From contig OZ316892.1 in the NCBI GenBank assembly GCA_973895155.1, positions 12,216,238-12,280,237 on the forward strand: a DNA stretch of 64,000 nucleotides. The letters are read 5' to 3'. Below, one piece after another: positions 58,714 to 64,000 of this stretch (the first letter of the stretch is position 1; every line of letters begins with the position of its first letter). The DNA is from Marsupella aquatica. Its lineage: Eukaryota; Plantae; Marchantiophyta. The notes below the pieces were generated by a model. It was not told where the DNA came from, did not search any database, and saw only the letters and a program-made list of their open reading frames with translations. The position numbers were made by a program, and so were the translations under genes.

Positions 58714-61700
58714 TCAGTCAATTTTAGCATGCACGTAATCTTTGAAGATGAAATTTTTCTCTGATTCTTTCAATAGGTAGGCTGTCCCTGCGGAGATTAC
58801 TGCAGCCGCAGCGAGAATGAAACGTAACGACATGTCTGGTGGTACTCCAGCGCCAGCTGCGAATACCACAGTGGCACCCCACAAAATCTTCTGGGCAAGC
58901 TGAAACTTTTCCAGAGCTTTTCTACAGGAGGCACACTTCAGTGTGTGTTGTTCATATCTATCCAGCATCTGCAACACAGAGACTCGGTTCAGTCAGCTCT
59001 CCAAGCCCGGTCATGAGCATAAACCCTATCCCTTCTAACTGTCTACGAAAATGCACACATGAAAGCAATCCTCAAATAAATTCCAGCATGTCATCTGACG
59101 ACCATGATCAACAACGAACCAGTCCTCTAAAATTGGATAAATTACAACTTTAATTTGCGAATGGAAATAATATGATAAGGAAAAAAATAAGAGGTTACTA
59201 TGAAGCCGCATCAGAGGTCATTCAACTAAGAAGCAGAGTAAATCAACAGTAAGACCTACTTCACTGCTTATGTGAATAGAGGCTCACCACTGTCTTCGGC
59301 AAAACGGTTGATGGCAGCGGCTTCGTCAAATCGACCTCAGGGAACCATTCTGGCTGATTGTTGCCATGCTTACGTAACCAGTTCCGGAATGCCAAGACGA
59401 AACGATCTGCTTGCGTAGGGGTGAAAGTCAACTTGGAGTAGTTCTTGCTCGTGTCAGCATAGTTGCCACCAATGCCAAATGCCTTTTCTTGCCCTTGCAG
59501 GACAATCATGTCACCATCATAAACCTTGTTGCTAGTCCAATGCTCATACCACCGTGGCATAAGCTTCCACCACTCTGGGCCAGGTACAGTAAATTGGAAA
59601 AAGTTTCGGGCACTGCAGACGATTGACCTCGTTTTCCCAGGAGCCATGGGAATGTTGAAGGAGCAAATCCATATTGTCCATATCTCCTGATTTGAGAAGG
59701 GCAATTTGGGGGCCGGTATCTCTACACTGCACGTTGGAATCAGCAGCGAAGCAACAATATATAAGCCGACAAAACAATTGTGCTTAAAAGAATATCGTCA
59801 AGGAGAAGGTGACTATCAGCACTGTAAGCGGACAAATAAATTGCGCGAAGTGCTAACAAGAATATGGTCGAGGGGAAGGAGACTATCAGCTCTACCTCCA
59901 TGGATTTTCACATAGTAATCAAGTTCAAATTCATGATACGTAGGACATAAACAGGCAAGACGCGTCCTCATTCCTCGAATCCTATAGCCTATGTCTACAT
60001 AGCTGGATTACAGGCATTTTAGCTGGAAAGCATACCGATTATAGTAATAACAAGGGGGAAAGAACCCGGTGGTGATCTTGGGTGTATCTGGATTGGAACC
60101 CTTGAATCCCCAATAACCACTTTCTTCCACATTAAATGGAATAGGTTTCGCCCTGTCCCTCCGTCCTGTCACCTGTTAAATTGACACAACTCAGTACCGG
60201 ACCACAGTTCAGTAAAAACTAAAGAGCTCCGGAATTTGTCATCTGCTTCAGTCTTACGGTGTCCAAAAGACCTAACTCCTGGTCCCTACAACATTTTTAT
60301 AGAAGAAAACTAGAGGACGAGAAATAAATGAGGTCACCTTGTGATGAGCGAAGTCGATATGTGATGGATCTGAAACGTTTTCCATAAGCGTGTCATATCC
60401 ATAAAAGAGATCTCGTTGGATGTTCACCACAGCAAACTCGGGATCGGTGAATGCCGGAGGTAACCTGTAAGAACAGACTTTAGAGTTTAACAATTGCGCC
60501 AAAGAGCACACAATGAAGATGCAGTTTCAAACTGCTTCAAACCTGGAAATATAAAAGATTGACCCGTGAGAAATCTTCTAGCAGAGTGACAGATAGACTA
60601 GTGGAGACAAAGTCCCAAGCGAGAAACCAGTTTTCGAGATGAGTTTAAGTTTCTAAAAAGAATCAACTCACTTAGGGGGGTCCGTGCTGAGAGCCTTGTC
60701 CCATCCCTTCTCGTCGGGCCAGACGAATAGAAGACCATCGGACACGAGCGTTGGCAAACTGGTGGCGCAGGCCTTCGGCGAAAACTGTGCCTTTGACTCT
60801 GCCCCTGTCGTGGACGCCTGCGGAATAACCCCACAGGATCCATCCGGCTTGAAGGACCAACCATGATACGAACACTGCAGCCATCCATTCTCGTCGATTC
60901 TCCCTTCCTGACAGAGAGGTACAAATGACAATTCAATAAACTTCGTCCGTATTTGGCAGCCCAGGCTGAAATGGGCACCAACTACTAGAGAGAAACTACT
61001 CGAGGAAATGTCAGATTCTCGTATGTGATAAATTAATTTCGAATGTGTGTTCTCAAAGAAAAAATGAGTTTTGTAAGGGAAGGCCAAGTGAACCGGCAAT
61101 CTGAGCACCCCTCTTTCTCGCATACGGAAATTCCTCATGCAGGAGAACCCCTCAATGGTACCGATTCCCGCATAGTTTTGAATACATACAACGGAGGAGA
61201 ATTTGCAAACAAAAGAATTGAACTCCACACACAAGCAGGAGATAAGACAACTTACAGAGAGCGGTGCTAGGCGGTGAGGGCACTTGTCCACAAAAGCACG
61301 CCAGGATCCTTCTCTATCCTTCCACAAAACAATTTCCCTGCCAAGGATCTGGAATGGAGTCGGCACATCTGGCTCCAAATCCTCGATGAGTGAAACGGGA
61401 TACCAATGATCCTTCCATGAAAAGGTCCCGGACGAATCATCCGTAGTCACAGAATCCTCCGTCTTCTCCTCCAGCTTTGCGCCCTCATCCTGCTCCTCCT
61501 TGTCAGGACTGAAAGAAGGACGAGAAGGAGCAATTGTCGCCCTGGCTACTCCCGTCGCCCTCTTCCATGCCTTGCCACCCTGTTGTCGCTTCGGACCGTG
61601 GAATAGGGCCAATCGGGTGGTGCTGCTAATTCGCCTTCCGGAGACGCTCTCCGCTGAAAAACCCGCAGGACTAAACGCACGCGAGCTAACTGTTGCCAGC

Positions 61701-61816
61701 TCCACCCCGCTCATCGCATTCTTCACTCTGCACGACGAAGGGGCAATGTCCGCAGTAGCACCGCATCCCACGAGCGACGCGCTCACCAGAGACGAAGACG
61801 TCGCTGCTGCAAGCAT
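58714..61816 (-). CDS. PAO: Pheophorbide a oxygenase (Rieske monooxygenase, chloroplast), multi-exon
   Basis: Ser/Ala-rich transit peptide; Rieske motif DKCPHRLAPLS|EGRIDENGWLQCSYHGWSF; mononuclear iron site MENVSDPSHIDFAHHK; IWICSFNIPMAPGKTRSIVCSARNFF; PRWYEHWTSNKVYDGD; QHTLKCASC; C-terminus DYVHAKID. First ATG at 61816. Confidence 0.95.
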
Positions 61817-62654
61817 CCTGGTCGACGAATATTTTTCCAAATTTCGATAAGCTTAGCTTGAGATCACAGCTCTCCAAGTCCTGCTCTTTACGTCTTTCCC
61901 CCTCTACTTACTTTTGCGCTCGTCTATATCCAATACCGCACAACCAAAACGGGCTCAATTCAATTCGCTCAAGGATTCGTATAAGCTCGTTCGCAATCTG
62001 CTCAGAAATCCGTCCGAGGGCTCCCTGCCAACGAGCTGTCCGTGGACTAGTAAATTCTCAAAATCTTTCGGATGCAGACCTAAATACCTTCTCAAAATCC
62101 CCCTTTAAACAATTGAGAAATCACCCAATTTCTGAAAAGCCAGATGAGCTACAAAACGAGCTCTCGTCAACGAAATGATCCGGAGAGCGGAATGAATATC
62201 ACTGTTCCACAAATTCTGAAAAGCCCGAGCTGGGAACGACCTCTTATCAAGAACACGCAGAACTCCCACTCTCTCGCTCAATTCCACGTCGATATTTTTA
62301 TGGATGTGACGAAAGGAGTGAATCACTCAATTCTCGACGGGTTTGCTTGCCCAGGCGGACAAGAGCACCATCGGGGCGCTGGTGGATGCAGGGACGGGAG
62401 ACAGGAAGGAGGGGTTCTAGAGAGTGGTGGTGGCTTGATGGACACTCCTCTCATGTGCCCCACACCGCCTCAAAACCAGCGCAGAGACGCCCACCGCAGC
62501 AGACCGCCCGACGACGCTAATGCATTAGAGGTCGTTAGATCGATCGGCAGCTTGGTCAGATTGCAAAGCAGCTTCGCTCTCTTCCTCCCTCCCTCCCTCG
62601 GTACGTCAACGTGCTTGCTTGCTCTTCCGCGTCGCTCATGGAAAAAAGGGGGCA

Positions 62655-63226
62655 CAGTGTACAGTCACGAGAGTCGACGACGAAAGTGAAAGTTCTCATT
62701 GGCTACACCCGACCATGTGTAAGTGCAAACCATGATTAAGTGCAAGACGAGTCGTTTCGGTACAGTCACAAGAGTCGACGACGACAGTGAAAGTTCTCAT
62801 GGGCTACATTCGACCATGTGTAAGTGCAAGACAAAGTGCAAGGCGGGTCGTTTTGGTACAGTCACAAGAGTCGACGACGAAAAGTGAAAGTTCTCATGGG
62901 CTACATTCGACCATGTGTAAGTGCAAGACAAAGTGCAAGGCGGGTCGTTTTGGTACAGTCACAAGAGTCGACGACGAAAAGTGAAAGTTCTCATGGGCTA
63001 CATTCGACCATGTGTAAGTGCAAGACAAGTCGTTTTGGTAAGTCACAGGAGTCGACGACGAAAATGAAAGTTCTCATAGGCTACATTGGACCATGTGTAA
63101 GTGCAAGGCAAAGTGCAAGACCGGTCGTTTTGGTACAGTCACAAGAGTCTATGACAAAAGTGAAAGTTCTCATTGGCTACATTGGACAAAGTGTAAGTGC
63201 AAGACAAGTCGTTTGTCCCAAGTACT
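62655..63226. repeat. Tandem array, ~85-100-bp unit, ~6 copies
   Basis: GTACAGTCACAAGAGTCGACGACGAAAAGTGAAAGTTCTCATGGGCTACATTCGACCATGTGTAAGTGCAAGACAAAGTGCAAGGCGGGTCGTTTTG repeated; central copies are nearly identical. Confidence 0.92.
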
Positions 63227-64000
63227 AGCCTGATACCAGTTCCTTGGAAATAAGTAGACATGAGTAAAAAGAAAACCTTGCAGTAAAAGGGTTTCCATGC
63301 TAGCACTCAGTTAGAGTCACCAAGAGGTTTCACTCTAGATAGTAGGCACAGAGAGTAACTTTGGACGGTGCTCTCTTAGTTAGATTGTTGTTGTTCACTT
63401 TCAGTCGTGCCTTCTGGTGGAATCACACTTTCAGTTATGCCTTCTGGTAGAGTCAGGGTTTAGAGACTTCACTCTAGACAATAGGCCCAAGAAGTGGCTT
63501 TTGATTGCACTTTTTTTTTCCCCTTTTTTTTTCCCCCTCCTTTTGATTGTGCTTTGTTTTATGTTATTGGTTTTAAGGGAGCAATTGTTGCGTCTTATTT
63601 GCTTTGCTTTGGGGGGCTTTTGGCTTCTTGGTTGCCCCTTGATTGGGTCTTGCGCCTTTGGGATCATGTCTCTTGGTTGTGCACTTTTTGTCTTTTGGCA
63701 GGTCAAATATTTATCTTGTGAGGGGGAGCTAAAATTTGTGTCATGGCCATGGGGTTTTTTGTCTTTGGCAGTTTGAATATCTTACTAATAAAGCTCAATG
63801 CAAAGCTATTTTGAGGGCTATTGTGTAGAGTGAAACCTCTAGACTATAAGTCACAAAACAAAAAAGTCAAGTGAACAAAAAACAAAGATAGAGCAAAAAT
63901 GAACGGGAGATAGTATACAGTCATGTTTATTGCATGATTCTTTATTGTCTTGGTCTCTGTTCATGTTCAAGAAAGTCATGTTTATTGCCTGACTCTTTAT

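Noticed and set aside
62655-63226. CRISPR-like regular array
   Set aside because: Units are repeated along their whole length with no unique spacers, there are no cas genes, and the context is eukaryotic. It is a minisatellite.

Overview
Eukaryotic nuclear DNA with GT-AG introns and about 45% GC. It comes from a land plant, most plausibly a bryophyte such as a liverwort (inference from gene content only). The first 23 kb is transposon-dense. It holds a decayed autonomous-type CACTA/EnSpm element (TnpD, TnpA-like) preceded by an intact tandem-BRCT ORF, two 3' ends of a second CACTA family, and copia-type LTR relics. 19-36 kb holds a small cluster of non-canonical NLR-like genes (helical N-terminus + NB-ARC + ARM + TPR): a truncated copy, a frameshifted full-length copy and a degenerate third fragment. 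At 31150-35220 is a 13-exon, about 439-aa gene, invisible to the ORF track, whose spliced product looks like a bacterial GlnT/GmaS (gamma-glutamylmethylamide synthetase-type) ligase rather than a plant glutamine synthetase. It is the strongest candidate for undescribed biology here. The rest carries a nodulin-like MFS transporter, a TAF1A-like protein and pheophorbide a oxygenase, separated by tandem arrays and MITEs. All exon models and family assignments were made by eye, with no database searches.
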